The notes under the pieces are model-generated. The model did not search any database. It was given only the letters and a program-made list of their open reading frames with translations, and was not told where the DNA came from. Position numbers and translations under genes: made by a program. From a virus, in the IMG/VR virus record IMGVR_UViG_3300035696_000024, positions 1 through 64,000 of that record: 64,000 nt of DNA; one strand, given 5' to 3'. Shown here in pieces: positions 35,530 through 44,289 of this stretch; within the stretch, counting starts at the first letter, position 1, and every line of letters begins with the position of its first letter.

Positions 35530-36846
35530 ATGAGTGGATTAGAATTTATTGCGGGTGAAGTCTGTCCAGATGAAGCCAAAAATCATGCATTGGAAGAAAA
35601 GAGAAAGCTGAATGAGACGGCTGGAAAATATGCTAAAAATGATGCGTTTAAGTCCACTTGGGATGGAGAGGTTTTTGATTTCGAAGAAAATAAGAAAAAA
35701 TTGATTGATGATTTGAATTGGTTGAAATCTTTGTCGGTGGAAGAGTTTACCTTCCGTAAAAAATATGAAGAAATTCAACTTATAAACAAAGATATAAGAC
35801 AATTTGACACCAGAGCAAAAGCTTGTATTTGGGAACCCACCGATATCAATGATGAAGAATTGACTATCAAGGAAATAGAATCCATTCAACCGAGAGTGGT
35901 TGTTGTGGATTTATCACAAGAAAGATTATGGACTGCATTAAGAATTTATTGCAGCACAGCCGAATATAATCAGGCTCCGGGTAGATTCATAAAGTTTCTA
36001 ATGATAGATGACGTATCAAAAAAAATATTGGGTATAGCTTCGATTGCCAGCGACGTTATTTCCATTGCTGCCAGAGATAAATTCATAGGTTGGACATTAG
36101 AGGATAAATTAAAGCATAAAATGTTAAAACATTCAGCCATAGGGACTACCATAGTTCCCACACAACCGTTTGGAAGTAATTTTTTGGGTGGTAAACTTAT
36201 AGCAACGTTAGTGACTTCTGGTGTTGTTAGAAATGAATGGGAAGACCAAACCAGAGGCGTATCAAACAGTTGTAAATTAGTTGGTATGACTACAACAAGT
36301 CTTTATGGTGGATTTTCCATGTATAACAGTTTGAAATGGTGGAAGTCCGTAGGAATGTCAAAAGGTAAAATTCCAATAAAGCCTTATGAAGAAGCCTACG
36401 GCGATTGGCATGGTTGGTTAAAACAGCACATGAAAGATGAATATGACGAAGCCATGACGCAGAAAGAAGGCATCAGTGGTCCCGTTACAGGCGCAAAAAT
36501 GAGGGTATTATCAATGATATTCAAAGCTTGTCAAATAAAACAATCTGAATATTGTCATGGATATGAACGCGGTGTTTACTATTCTTGTTTTTATGAAAAT
36601 ACCAAAGAGTTTCTTTGTAGAAAAATTACAGAAGATAAATTGGTAATGAAGTCACTATTTAAAGATGATACAAAAGCTATCATGGATTGGTGGCGTCCAA
36701 AAGCTATAGAAAGATACAAAAGATTAAAATCAGAAGGACGATTGAATCCAGATAAATTGTTTTATAGTGATATGAATGAACGAGACAATCCGGGCATGAC
36801 CTACAAAAAAGCTAAAGACTTATTCTTTAATGATGTAGGACGATAA
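35530..36846 (+). CDS. DUF4338 / Druantia DruA-like protein (long form)
   Basis: PGRFIKFL, LGIASIAS, RDKFIGW, PTQPFGSNFLGGKLIA, TTTSLYGGFSMYNSL and VGMSKG. Confidence 0.75.
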   Translation: MSGLEFIAGEVCPDEAKNHALEEKRKLNETAGKYAKNDAFKSTWDGEVFDFEENKKKLIDDLNWLKSLSVEEFTFRKKYEEIQLINKDIRQFDTRAKACIWEPTDINDEELTIKEIESIQPRVVVVDLSQERLWTALRIYCSTAEYNQAPGRFIKFLMIDDVSKKILGIASIASDVISIAARDKFIGWTLEDKLKHKMLKHSAIGTTIVPTQPFGSNFLGGKLIATLVTSGVVRNEWEDQTRGVSNSCKLVGMTTTSLYGGFSMYNSLKWWKSVGMSKGKIPIKPYEEAYGDWHGWLKQHMKDEYDEAMTQKEGISGPVTGAKMRVLSMIFKACQIKQSEYCHGYERGVYYSCFYENTKEFLCRKITEDKLVMKSLFKDDTKAIMDWWRPKAIERYKRLKSEGRLNPDKLFYSDMNERDNPGMTYKKAKDLFFNDVGR

Positions 36847-36857
36847 TAAGATTAGAC

Positions 36858-37028
36858 ATGGGAAGAACGTATAGAAAAAACGACAGATGGAAGAAAGATC
36901 GAAGAGATCAAAACTTTAAAAAAAGTAAAAAATTCAAAGACTTCAAACGTGGTGGTTTTACACCGCCTAAACCAGTTTTACCAGAAGTGGTGGAACCAAA
37001 AGATTCTATAGATGATTCTGATTCTTAA
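36858..37028 (+). CDS. small basic protein (56 aa, below the ORF-track cutoff)
   Basis: MGRTYRKNDRWKKDRRDQNFKKSKKFKDFKRGGFTPPKPVLPEVVEPKDSIDDSDS fills the gap between flanking genes. Confidence 0.55.
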   Translation: MGRTYRKNDRWKKDRRDQNFKKSKKFKDFKRGGFTPPKPVLPEVVEPKDSIDDSDS

Positions 37029-37287
37029 AATTTTGGCATGGTTTTTCAGTTATTTTACGATATATCTTTTATTTCGATGGGTGTTCAAAATATCGAAATC
37101 TCTCAACGAAATAAACAAGGATATCAAACGCATCAATACCAATATAAATTCTTTACATCGTAATCAGATGGTGTTATCATCCTCCATTAAAGAATTGTAT
37201 AGGGAATTGAAAAAACATGACAAGACTTTCAGACAAAGACAAGTCAGAGTTGACGGAACCAAAAAAGAGGGGCCGGAAGAAACTTGA
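37012..37287 (+). CDS. membrane-anchored coiled-coil hypothetical protein
   Basis: N-terminal hydrophobic helix followed by heptad repeats. Confidence 0.5.
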   Translation: MILILKILAWFFSYFTIYLLFRWVFKISKSLNEINKDIKRINTNINSLHRNQMVLSSSIKELYRELKKHDKTFRQRQVRVDGTKKEGPEET

Positions 37288-37765
37288 AAATCCAACGGTA
37301 AAAGGTATAGGTTTATTCGACCATGTTAAGCACATTAGGATAACTCAAGACCCTGATTATTTTAAGAATTTGACGGAACTTGATAAGAAGTCATTTAATC
37401 ATTTTATGATACTCAAAGCGCTGAGTATGAATCCTGCGCTTTTAGAAGATGTCTCCACTCTGTTCAGGTATTTTGATAAAATTCCATCCCCACAATTTTA
37501 TAAACTTCTTATTGGTTTGATTCCGCCAGACCATCCAAAGAAATTTTATCCTTGGGTCAAAGCAAAGAAAAGCCCATTTAGTAAAAAACTTATTGAATTG
37601 ATTTCAACATATTTTGAGATTCCTCAAAGAGAAGCTACGGAGTATGCAACGTTATTGTTCTTGACTAATAATGGAAAAAAAGAATTGGAAGATATTTGCA
37701 AAGTCTATGGGTTGTCAGACAAGGAAATTGAATTCACCATGAAAGGTAATGATGATGAAGAATAA
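37217..37765 (+). CDS. clamp loader small subunit (T4 gp62-like)
   Basis: LFDHVKHI, SFNHFMILKALSMN, QFYKLL..LIP, YPWVKAKK and ELISTYFEIPQREATEY. Confidence 0.7.
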   Translation: MTRLSDKDKSELTEPKKRGRKKLENPTVKGIGLFDHVKHIRITQDPDYFKNLTELDKKSFNHFMILKALSMNPALLEDVSTLFRYFDKIPSPQFYKLLIGLIPPDHPKKFYPWVKAKKSPFSKKLIELISTYFEIPQREATEYATLLFLTNNGKKELEDICKVYGLSDKEIEFTMKGNDDEE

Positions 37766-38162
37766 ACCATTGGCGCCCGATACATCGTCAGTATTTGTGG
37801 TAAAAGATTCTGGTCAAAGACAGGAGTTTGTAACGGGAGCTCAAAGAGATACCCAAGAAGGAAAAGGAAGATTTGATCTTCTTCCTGTTCATGCTATCAC
37901 CAGACTTGCTCAACATTTTGAAAATGGGGCCAAAAAATACAATGATAATAATTGGAGAAAGGGAATTCCATTGAATCGTTATTTAGATTCTGCGTGTCGT
38001 CATTTGTTTAAATTTATGGATGGCGAAAGAGATGAAGACCATGCAATAGCTGCTGCGTGGAATATTCTTTGCCTTGTGGAAACAGAACATATGATTAATC
38101 AAGGTATTCTTCCAAAAGAATTGGACACTCTTAGAAAAGCGCCGGAACCAAAAAAGGATTAA
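37749..38162 (+). CDS. dATP/dGTP diphosphohydrolase domain protein (DUF5664)
   Basis: GAQRDTQEGKGRFDLLP, GAKKYNDNNWRKG, YLDSACRHL and EDHAIAAAWNILCL. Confidence 0.8.
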   Translation: MMMKNKPLAPDTSSVFVVKDSGQRQEFVTGAQRDTQEGKGRFDLLPVHAITRLAQHFENGAKKYNDNNWRKGIPLNRYLDSACRHLFKFMDGERDEDHAIAAAWNILCLVETEHMINQGILPKELDTLRKAPEPKKD

Positions 38163-38203
38163 AATATTTTTTAGTTCTTGATAGACAGTATTTATGGAGA
38201 GAT

Positions 38204-38956
38204 ATGTCTATTGCTATGTCCTTTTTTGATATTGAAATAAAAACCAGTTCATCTGTTTATTTGGCGGAATGTTCATCGCCAGCACAAAACAAAATATTCA
38301 GAGACACTATTAATAATTTCCATAGTTATGTTAAATATACAGATTCGCCAACACGAAATCTTAGATGGTTGGTTTATGAAACCGTTTCAGGAAATCAAAT
38401 AGGTGCAATAGGATTATCTTCCGCTACAATCGCTGTAGCCGTTAGAGACAAATTTATAGGTTGGGACAATCCGACCAAAATAAAAAATCTGTGTCATTTA
38501 GCAAATAATTCCCGATTTTGTCTGGCTCAACCAAGAATTTCCATAAAAAATGCAGCATCATCAACTCTCAAGCAACTTCGCATAGTGGGTGCTAAGCGAT
38601 GGAAGGAAAAATATGGTGATGACCTTGTTTTATTGGAAACGTTCGTTCAGCCTGAAAGAGACGAAGAATACAATAATTATAAACTACGATGTGGCGCGTG
38701 TTACAAAGCCGACAATTGGATATTCGTGGGCGAAACTCAAGGCAATCATATCCGTAAAACACCTATGCGTCTTTGGGCGAAAGAAGATGGTGAAAGAGGT
38801 AGATTGGCTAGGGAAGACCCGGAAGAGTGTTTAAAGAGGTATGCTGGATATTTGGGAGAACATTCAGGTTCAGGTTATAATGTTACCAAAGTGGCTAAAA
38901 AAATTATGTTTGTAAAGCCCCTAGTCAAAGATTGGAAGGAGAAACTGATACAATGA
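38204..38956 (+). CDS. DUF4338 / DruA-like protein (short form)
   Basis: FHSYV, RNLRWLV, RDKFIGW, ANNSRFCL, KNAASSTL, WKEKYG..LVLLETFV and GACYKADNWIFVGETQG. Confidence 0.8.
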   Translation: MSIAMSFFDIEIKTSSSVYLAECSSPAQNKIFRDTINNFHSYVKYTDSPTRNLRWLVYETVSGNQIGAIGLSSATIAVAVRDKFIGWDNPTKIKNLCHLANNSRFCLAQPRISIKNAASSTLKQLRIVGAKRWKEKYGDDLVLLETFVQPERDEEYNNYKLRCGACYKADNWIFVGETQGNHIRKTPMRLWAKEDGERGRLAREDPEECLKRYAGYLGEHSGSGYNVTKVAKKIMFVKPLVKDWKEKLIQ

Positions 38957-39831
38957 AAATTTTATTATTTGGCAGCAACGGATATATTGGTTCTGAATTT
39001 GTTAGTCAACTTCTTCAGTTAACCAATATCAAACTTATAAGATTGTTACCTTCAAGACATGCTGATGGTGGTAGCTATCTATTCAAAGAGTTGGATGGTC
39101 TTATAAAAGGAATTAAGCCTTCTGTTATCATCAATTGCGCAGCTTACGTTGGTGGTAACTCCATAGTAAATTGTGAAAATCATAAAGACCAAGCTATTCA
39201 GTCAAATGTTATCTTTCCACGGATGTTGGGAGAAATTTGTCAGGAAAGAAAAATCATTTTTGGTCATTTGTCATCAGGATGTGTTTTTAATGGGTATCCT
39301 ACTGGTGGATATGAAGAGGATGATGTAAGAAATATGACGTTTGATTCCAAATGCAGTTTTTACACTGGTACTAAAGCAATGGCTGAAGATTGCTTAAATG
39401 ACTTGGAAAAGAAATATATTTGGAGAATCAGAATACCATTTGATGAAATTGATCATCCTAGAAATTATTTGACCAAATTGATGCAGTTTGATAAATTAGT
39501 CGTAGCAAGTAATTCTATTTCCAATAGAAAAGAATTGGTGACTGCATGCATAGAATGTATTATGAAAGCAGTTCCATTTGGAATTTATCACGTCACAAAT
39601 CCCGGTGGAATTCGCACCGATGAAATAACAGCAATGATGAGAAATATTTTGAAAATTGACAAGGATTTTCAATATTTTGAAAGCATCGAAGCATTTGATA
39701 AAATAAGTACAACACCAAGGTCAAATACCATTTTAAATACGGAGAAATTGGGTAGGGCAGGAATTGTGATGACACCTGTTCATGAATCTGTGGAAAAGGC
39801 CCTTAAACAGTGGAAATGGGCTACCGCGTAA
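38953..39831 (+). CDS. NDP-4-keto-sugar reductase/epimerase (RmlD / NRS-ER-like SDR)
   Basis: GSNGYIG, INCAAY, LSSGCVF, YTGTK and WRIRIPF. Confidence 0.85.
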   Translation: MKILLFGSNGYIGSEFVSQLLQLTNIKLIRLLPSRHADGGSYLFKELDGLIKGIKPSVIINCAAYVGGNSIVNCENHKDQAIQSNVIFPRMLGEICQERKIIFGHLSSGCVFNGYPTGGYEEDDVRNMTFDSKCSFYTGTKAMAEDCLNDLEKKYIWRIRIPFDEIDHPRNYLTKLMQFDKLVVASNSISNRKELVTACIECIMKAVPFGIYHVTNPGGIRTDEITAMMRNILKIDKDFQYFESIEAFDKISTTPRSNTILNTEKLGRAGIVMTPVHESVEKALKQWKWATA

Positions 39832-40108
39832 TCGAAGCAATCATCTGATTGTTAAGATAAAATTGCATACGGTTATCATTTGATTTTGACAACAACAAAT
39901 ACGAAAAATTTTGTGCCCTTGATGCAAAAGCTACATAATGTTGTTTGCATTGATTTAATTTTGCTTGTTTTGCCTGTGGCGGGTCACATGCGCACATGCG
40001 AACCAAAATATCCATACAAGTAACCAAATTTTGAGCTTCTGGACATATTCCTACAATTCCATTGCCAACCAAAAAATGATATAAATCGTTTGGACTATTT
40101 ATGTTCAT
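39821..40108 (-). CDS. hypothetical protein (Cys-containing)
   Basis: 95 aa, last gene of the minus-strand run, converging on the RmlD-like gene. Confidence 0.55.
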   Translation of the reverse strand: MNINSPNDLYHFLVGNGIVGICPEAQNLVTCMDILVRMCACDPPQAKQAKLNQCKQHYVAFASRAQNFSYLLLSKSNDNRMQFYLNNQMIASITR

Positions 40109-40497
40109 GATGACAGTTTATTCAATGAAATTATAAGTCCGTAAAATGTCAATGATAAAACACATACGGTTGGTATAAACAACAAATTTAACCAGCTTGA
40201 TGACATAACGGAAATGAATATACAGGATAATATTGACAACCACACAGACAAGCATAGAGGACATCCTAAAAGTTTGGTAATAAAATTGTGATGATATTTT
40301 TCTTTCAAAAATTCTGGGTAACTAAGAGTAAAAGAAATCCCCTTTATTGCCATTTCAAGTCGTTTATCATAAAATTCGTCAATCTTTAAAAATTTGGACA
40401 AGCCAAACAATGAACCCCACGCAATAACTGCATCTGATTTAAACCAAATCAGCATTATAAGTGTTACAAAACTTGCTAAAAGAAACAATTCTGTCAT
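40105..40497 (-). CDS. membrane protein with CPxCxSxW motif (DUF1360-like)
   Basis: Three hydrophobic helices and LLGCPLCLSVW. TATTTATT upstream on the minus strand. Confidence 0.6.
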   Translation of the reverse strand: MTELFLLASFVTLIMLIWFKSDAVIAWGSLFGLSKFLKIDEFYDKRLEMAIKGISFTLSYPEFLKEKYHHNFITKLLGCPLCLSVWLSILSCIFISVMSSSWLNLLFIPTVCVLSLTFYGLIISLNKLSS

Positions 40498-40509
40498 ATT
40501 AATAAATAG

Positions 40510-41844
40510 TTATGACTTATGAAGATTGTTCATTAAAGGATTTATAAGTTGGTTTTGATAATATGGGTCATCTAAGTGTATTAGATGAGGTTCATAGGTA
40601 TTTAATTTTTTTATTTCAATGTTGAAAATATTAAATTTCATATTTCCTATTTCTCCACTGTCACTTAATACATCTGATAAAATATATAAAAAATTCATAT
40701 TTTCTATAGATTTCTTAGATAATTCTTCTATGCCATATTTTTTTGAATCCAATGGGCCTGTGAAATCAGAAAATTTAAATTTTACTATAATATCATTTGT
40801 TTGTTCTTCGTTTATATTTTTTATTTTTTTATTTAAATCAAAGTCCGTATTTTTTTGTTCTGAATTTATATATTTTTTTACAATATATTGCGGCAAATCT
40901 GTGTAAAGATTGGAAGATAAAGATTCAATTAATGGCAATGTATGTATAATAAACCATTCATTCAATTCTTCTTTTATGTTTAATATATCTAGTTCATTTT
41001 TTAAGAAAATATTGTCATCATCAAAATTTGTAACGATACCTATATCATATTTTTTACTAATTATGGGATACGAAAATGAATTATTTTTTGGAGACGTACC
41101 CCATTTTCTGAGGAAATTTTTAAAAGATTTAAGTTGATGAATTTTGAACTCTTGAGTATCTACATTAACTCTTCCTGTCGTCCATCTATGTGACCTACTT
41201 GCCCAATGATAACAAAAACTATCGCGACTTTGAATAATATTGTAGCCTGCTAAACACAATCTGTTTATAAAATCTGAATCTTCTGCAGGAAATGGTCTGA
41301 ATAAAGGGTCCATGCCTCCCATTTCAATATATTCATCACGATACATCGCCCAAGGGGCAAAAAAGCCCTTAGTAATTTGATTTTTAAATTCTAATTCTTT
41401 CTCTTCAACAAATTTTAAAAACTCTTTCTGCTTAAATTCTTCAATATATATTCCAAAATTTTGTAATATTTTTGCATCATCTGATGGATAGAGGGGAGGT
41501 TCTATTCTAGTTCCACTTACAATCGCTTTGGGTTTTATGTGTTTTAGAATATTTGATATAAAATTTGGAGTACATACCATATCTGAATGGAAGATACATA
41601 TTATAGGTTTGGTAGCAAGTTTTGCACCTATATTATATGTTATTGTGTGACCTAATTGTTTTTCTGTATTATACCATTTTATAAGATTATCATCATTTAG
41701 TGATTCCATCCATTGTATAGTTCCATCACTACTAGCATCATCCAACATTACTATTTCTATAGTAGGATTATATCGTCTGATACTTTTATATGCTAGTTTA
41801 GTGTATTGTAGGGTGTTTCTTGTAGTTAAAATAATACTTATCAT
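40510..41844 (-). CDS. glycosyltransferase family 2
   Basis: ISIILTTRN, LDDASSDGT, FHSDM, GGMDPLF..AEDSD and YHWASRS. Confidence 0.88.
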   Translation of the reverse strand: MISIILTTRNTLQYTKLAYKSIRRYNPTIEIVMLDDASSDGTIQWMESLNDDNLIKWYNTEKQLGHTITYNIGAKLATKPIICIFHSDMVCTPNFISNILKHIKPKAIVSGTRIEPPLYPSDDAKILQNFGIYIEEFKQKEFLKFVEEKELEFKNQITKGFFAPWAMYRDEYIEMGGMDPLFRPFPAEDSDFINRLCLAGYNIIQSRDSFCYHWASRSHRWTTGRVNVDTQEFKIHQLKSFKNFLRKWGTSPKNNSFSYPIISKKYDIGIVTNFDDDNIFLKNELDILNIKEELNEWFIIHTLPLIESLSSNLYTDLPQYIVKKYINSEQKNTDFDLNKKIKNINEEQTNDIIVKFKFSDFTGPLDSKKYGIEELSKKSIENMNFLYILSDVLSDSGEIGNMKFNIFNIEIKKLNTYEPHLIHLDDPYYQNQLINPLMNNLHKS

Positions 41845-42569
41845 AAAATTTCAATGGATTTTGATTTTCCATTATAGATAATAACTTTGCAAATTAAAAG
41901 TTTTTTTATTTCATTTAATCTTCTTATATCTTTTTCTCTTAAATTCCCATTTATATCATAATGATGGGGTTCGTTATATTCAAATATGGTATTTTTTCCT
42001 TTGTCATAACCATCCAACCAATAATTTAATTCTTCAATGTAATATTCACCGCCATTTTCTGCATGTTGAAAATTATATCCATTTTGTTTGTTATACGTGT
42101 CTATAAACTTACAAGCAATAGGATTATAAAATGGTTTGTTATCATAAATACCTAATTTTTTCTTTCTTTCTATAGCTAATTTTCTCCATAATTTTATTGT
42201 TTCTGTAGAATGTTTTCTACCTGTATTAACTTTAATAGATAATTCCCCAAGTTTCTTTTTTGTTTCTTGTGAATGGTGCTTCCCATAAAACGGGTTTAGA
42301 TGTCCACTTTTACCATACATCGGATTATTTTTACCTACAAATAACGCAGATAGCTTTTTTCTAGTTTCATTTGATATTATTCTATTTTTTGCTATAAATG
42401 ATAATCGTGTTTTTTCTTTAGGATTATTAGCTCTGATTTTGGTTTTGCAACTTTTACATAAACTTTTGTTTTTCAAAGCTCGACACAAACCACTTCTATA
42501 AGAGTATTTTAGTCTTTTCCTGCATTTAGGACATTTTCTTATCCATTTATTATGTGTTGAGATTTGCAT
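41841..42569 (-). mobile_element. free-standing putative homing endonuclease with NUMOD3 repeats
   Basis: CPKC/CKSC, NPMYGK, NPFYGKHHSQETKKKL, GRKHSTET and a C-terminal WLDGYD..KNTIFEYNEPHH. Paralog of 13012..13755. Confidence 0.75.
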
Positions 42570-43459
42570 TTTTCTGAAAACTTGATAATTTCTTGCTGAT
42601 ATGACTTAGCTGCATTGGCAGCAAATTCTTTGTTTTTGTATAAATTAAATGATATGTGGTTGAGATAAACATGATGTAATTCAAACATGTAACTTTGAGT
42701 GACAACCAAGTTTTTTACAATATATTGTTGAATGTTCATGTTGAAATTTTTCATTATTTTACATGCATCAACAACGAAGGTATCATCCAATCCATAGGGA
42801 CCAAATGAATCGGGTATATCAGTGTATGCTAATAACTTCGATGACAACATATTGAACCATCCACCACCCATTTTAAAGGTATCTATTGGAACCACTTCTA
42901 TATCGCCATAATCTCGTGTAAAGACTTCAAATTGGTCTGTGCAATACAAGTCTTCATGTTTAAGGTGACGATAAGATTCATTGACCAATACATCCCAAGA
43001 AGCATCCCAAAGCATTGTAGATTGTGGTGATATGATATAGTAATCTTTTTCCTTTTCTATTATCTTGGCAGATTCTATCATGTATTTTAAAGTGGTATTA
43101 GGATAAAACATATCATTATCCAAGTAAATAAAATTGTCACAAGATGAAGCATATTTTCTTATGGCTGTTCTTCTTTTATCATCCACACCCAAACATTTAT
43201 TATCACTATCAACATCAAAAAGAATTGTTGCCCATTTATCATTTACAATTTTCGATTTTTCAAATCGGTCAATAAAGTAATGTTTGTCTATTTTACTCTT
43301 ACTCCAATCAATTATTAAATCATTGATGTTTAGGGTAGCATCAATGACTATCTTATCGTCTTTTTCCAAATATTTACTGTTTTTGTGAAGCTCAAACATT
43401 TGGTGTTCAAACCTGTCAATTTCGAACGGTAATACGTGAATTATGATATGTGTTTTCAT
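42539..43459 (-). CDS. GT-A fold glycosyltransferase-like protein
   Basis: IYLDNDM DxD motif and GPYGLDD. Start set at MKTHII (43459), coupled to the upstream stop. Confidence 0.65.
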   Translation of the reverse strand: MKTHIIIHVLPFEIDRFEHQMFELHKNSKYLEKDDKIVIDATLNINDLIIDWSKSKIDKHYFIDRFEKSKIVNDKWATILFDVDSDNKCLGVDDKRRTAIRKYASSCDNFIYLDNDMFYPNTTLKYMIESAKIIEKEKDYYIISPQSTMLWDASWDVLVNESYRHLKHEDLYCTDQFEVFTRDYGDIEVVPIDTFKMGGGWFNMLSSKLLAYTDIPDSFGPYGLDDTFVVDACKIMKNFNMNIQQYIVKNLVVTQSYMFELHHVYLNHISFNLYKNKEFAANAAKSYQQEIIKFSEKCKSQHIING

Positions 43460-44289
43460 TAGATTACTATCCAGCCTTTGCAATACATATCCTTTGTATC
43501 ATGAGTTATTTCTGGCTTAAACCATGTGGAAGGCGCTATAACTTTTTTATTTTTATTGGTGTTTGTCCACGCTGCCCACCAACTGAAACTACTATTTGAT
43601 ATGATGTTGTGGTGACATTTACCCATGATACACAAATCAACATAATTGGAGTGATTTTCACTAAAAAATACGTTGTCTTCTTTTTGAAATGCATCTTTAC
43701 ACCAACCTATATCATCTGAAACAATTAGGAAATTATAATCCTTGTCGGTAAAATAGTTTAATGCTTTGCCTATGTAGTCCAACCCAACCAATGGAAATGT
43801 TGGATTGTAAACATTATCTCCACGTCGCATGTGAATTGCAACAATTTCTTTGTCATTAATTTGACTAATTATATCATTTGCTTCTTTGTCAATGTGTGGT
43901 TTGAATTTAAATTCTTTTAATATTTCTTCCCTGACATCCATGAAATATTTTTCGCTTTGAAAATAACCTTCGATTGATGTTGAATCTTTTACATTGAATA
44001 CACTTGGGTCAAAAGTCCACTCACGTTCATTATACACATGTTTTATTTCATTGAGTTCTTCTTCTGAACACTTTTTTGTTCCAAGGTCAAAACAATTATA
44101 CAAATCCAATTTGTATGAAATCCATCTATTATTGGCAAAATCATAACAACCATCTTGTTTGATGGTTTCGTTTTTAGCAGGAAGTTTTACCACATAACCA
44201 TTCTTTATACCGACAGAAATCAATGTTGCATGTTGGATTATTTGATTGGCTAGCCTACCTGTATAACCTATTGCCTTGTTTGTTATCAT
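43459..44289 (-). CDS. alpha-1,2-fucosyltransferase family (GT11)
   Basis: GRLANQ, EGYFQSEKYF, AIHMRRGD, SDDIGWC and ISNSSFSWWAAW. Confidence 0.9.
   Translation of the reverse strand: MITNKAIGYTGRLANQIIQHATLISVGIKNGYVVKLPAKNETIKQDGCYDFANNRWISYKLDLYNCFDLGTKKCSEEELNEIKHVYNEREWTFDPSVFNVKDSTSIEGYFQSEKYFMDVREEILKEFKFKPHIDKEANDIISQINDKEIVAIHMRRGDNVYNPTFPLVGLDYIGKALNYFTDKDYNFLIVSDDIGWCKDAFQKEDNVFFSENHSNYVDLCIMGKCHHNIISNSSFSWWAAWTNTNKNKKVIAPSTWFKPEITHDTKDMYCKGWIVI

Noticed and set aside
37749-38162. 2-aminoadenine (Z) or 7-deazaguanine genome pathway
   Set aside because: No PurZ, DatZ, QueC/D/E, FolE or DpdA-like gene is visible in this window. The diphosphohydrolase alone is insufficient evidence.
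35530-38956. Complete Druantia defence system
   Set aside because: Only DruA-like genes are present, with no large DruE helicase or DruB-D in the window.
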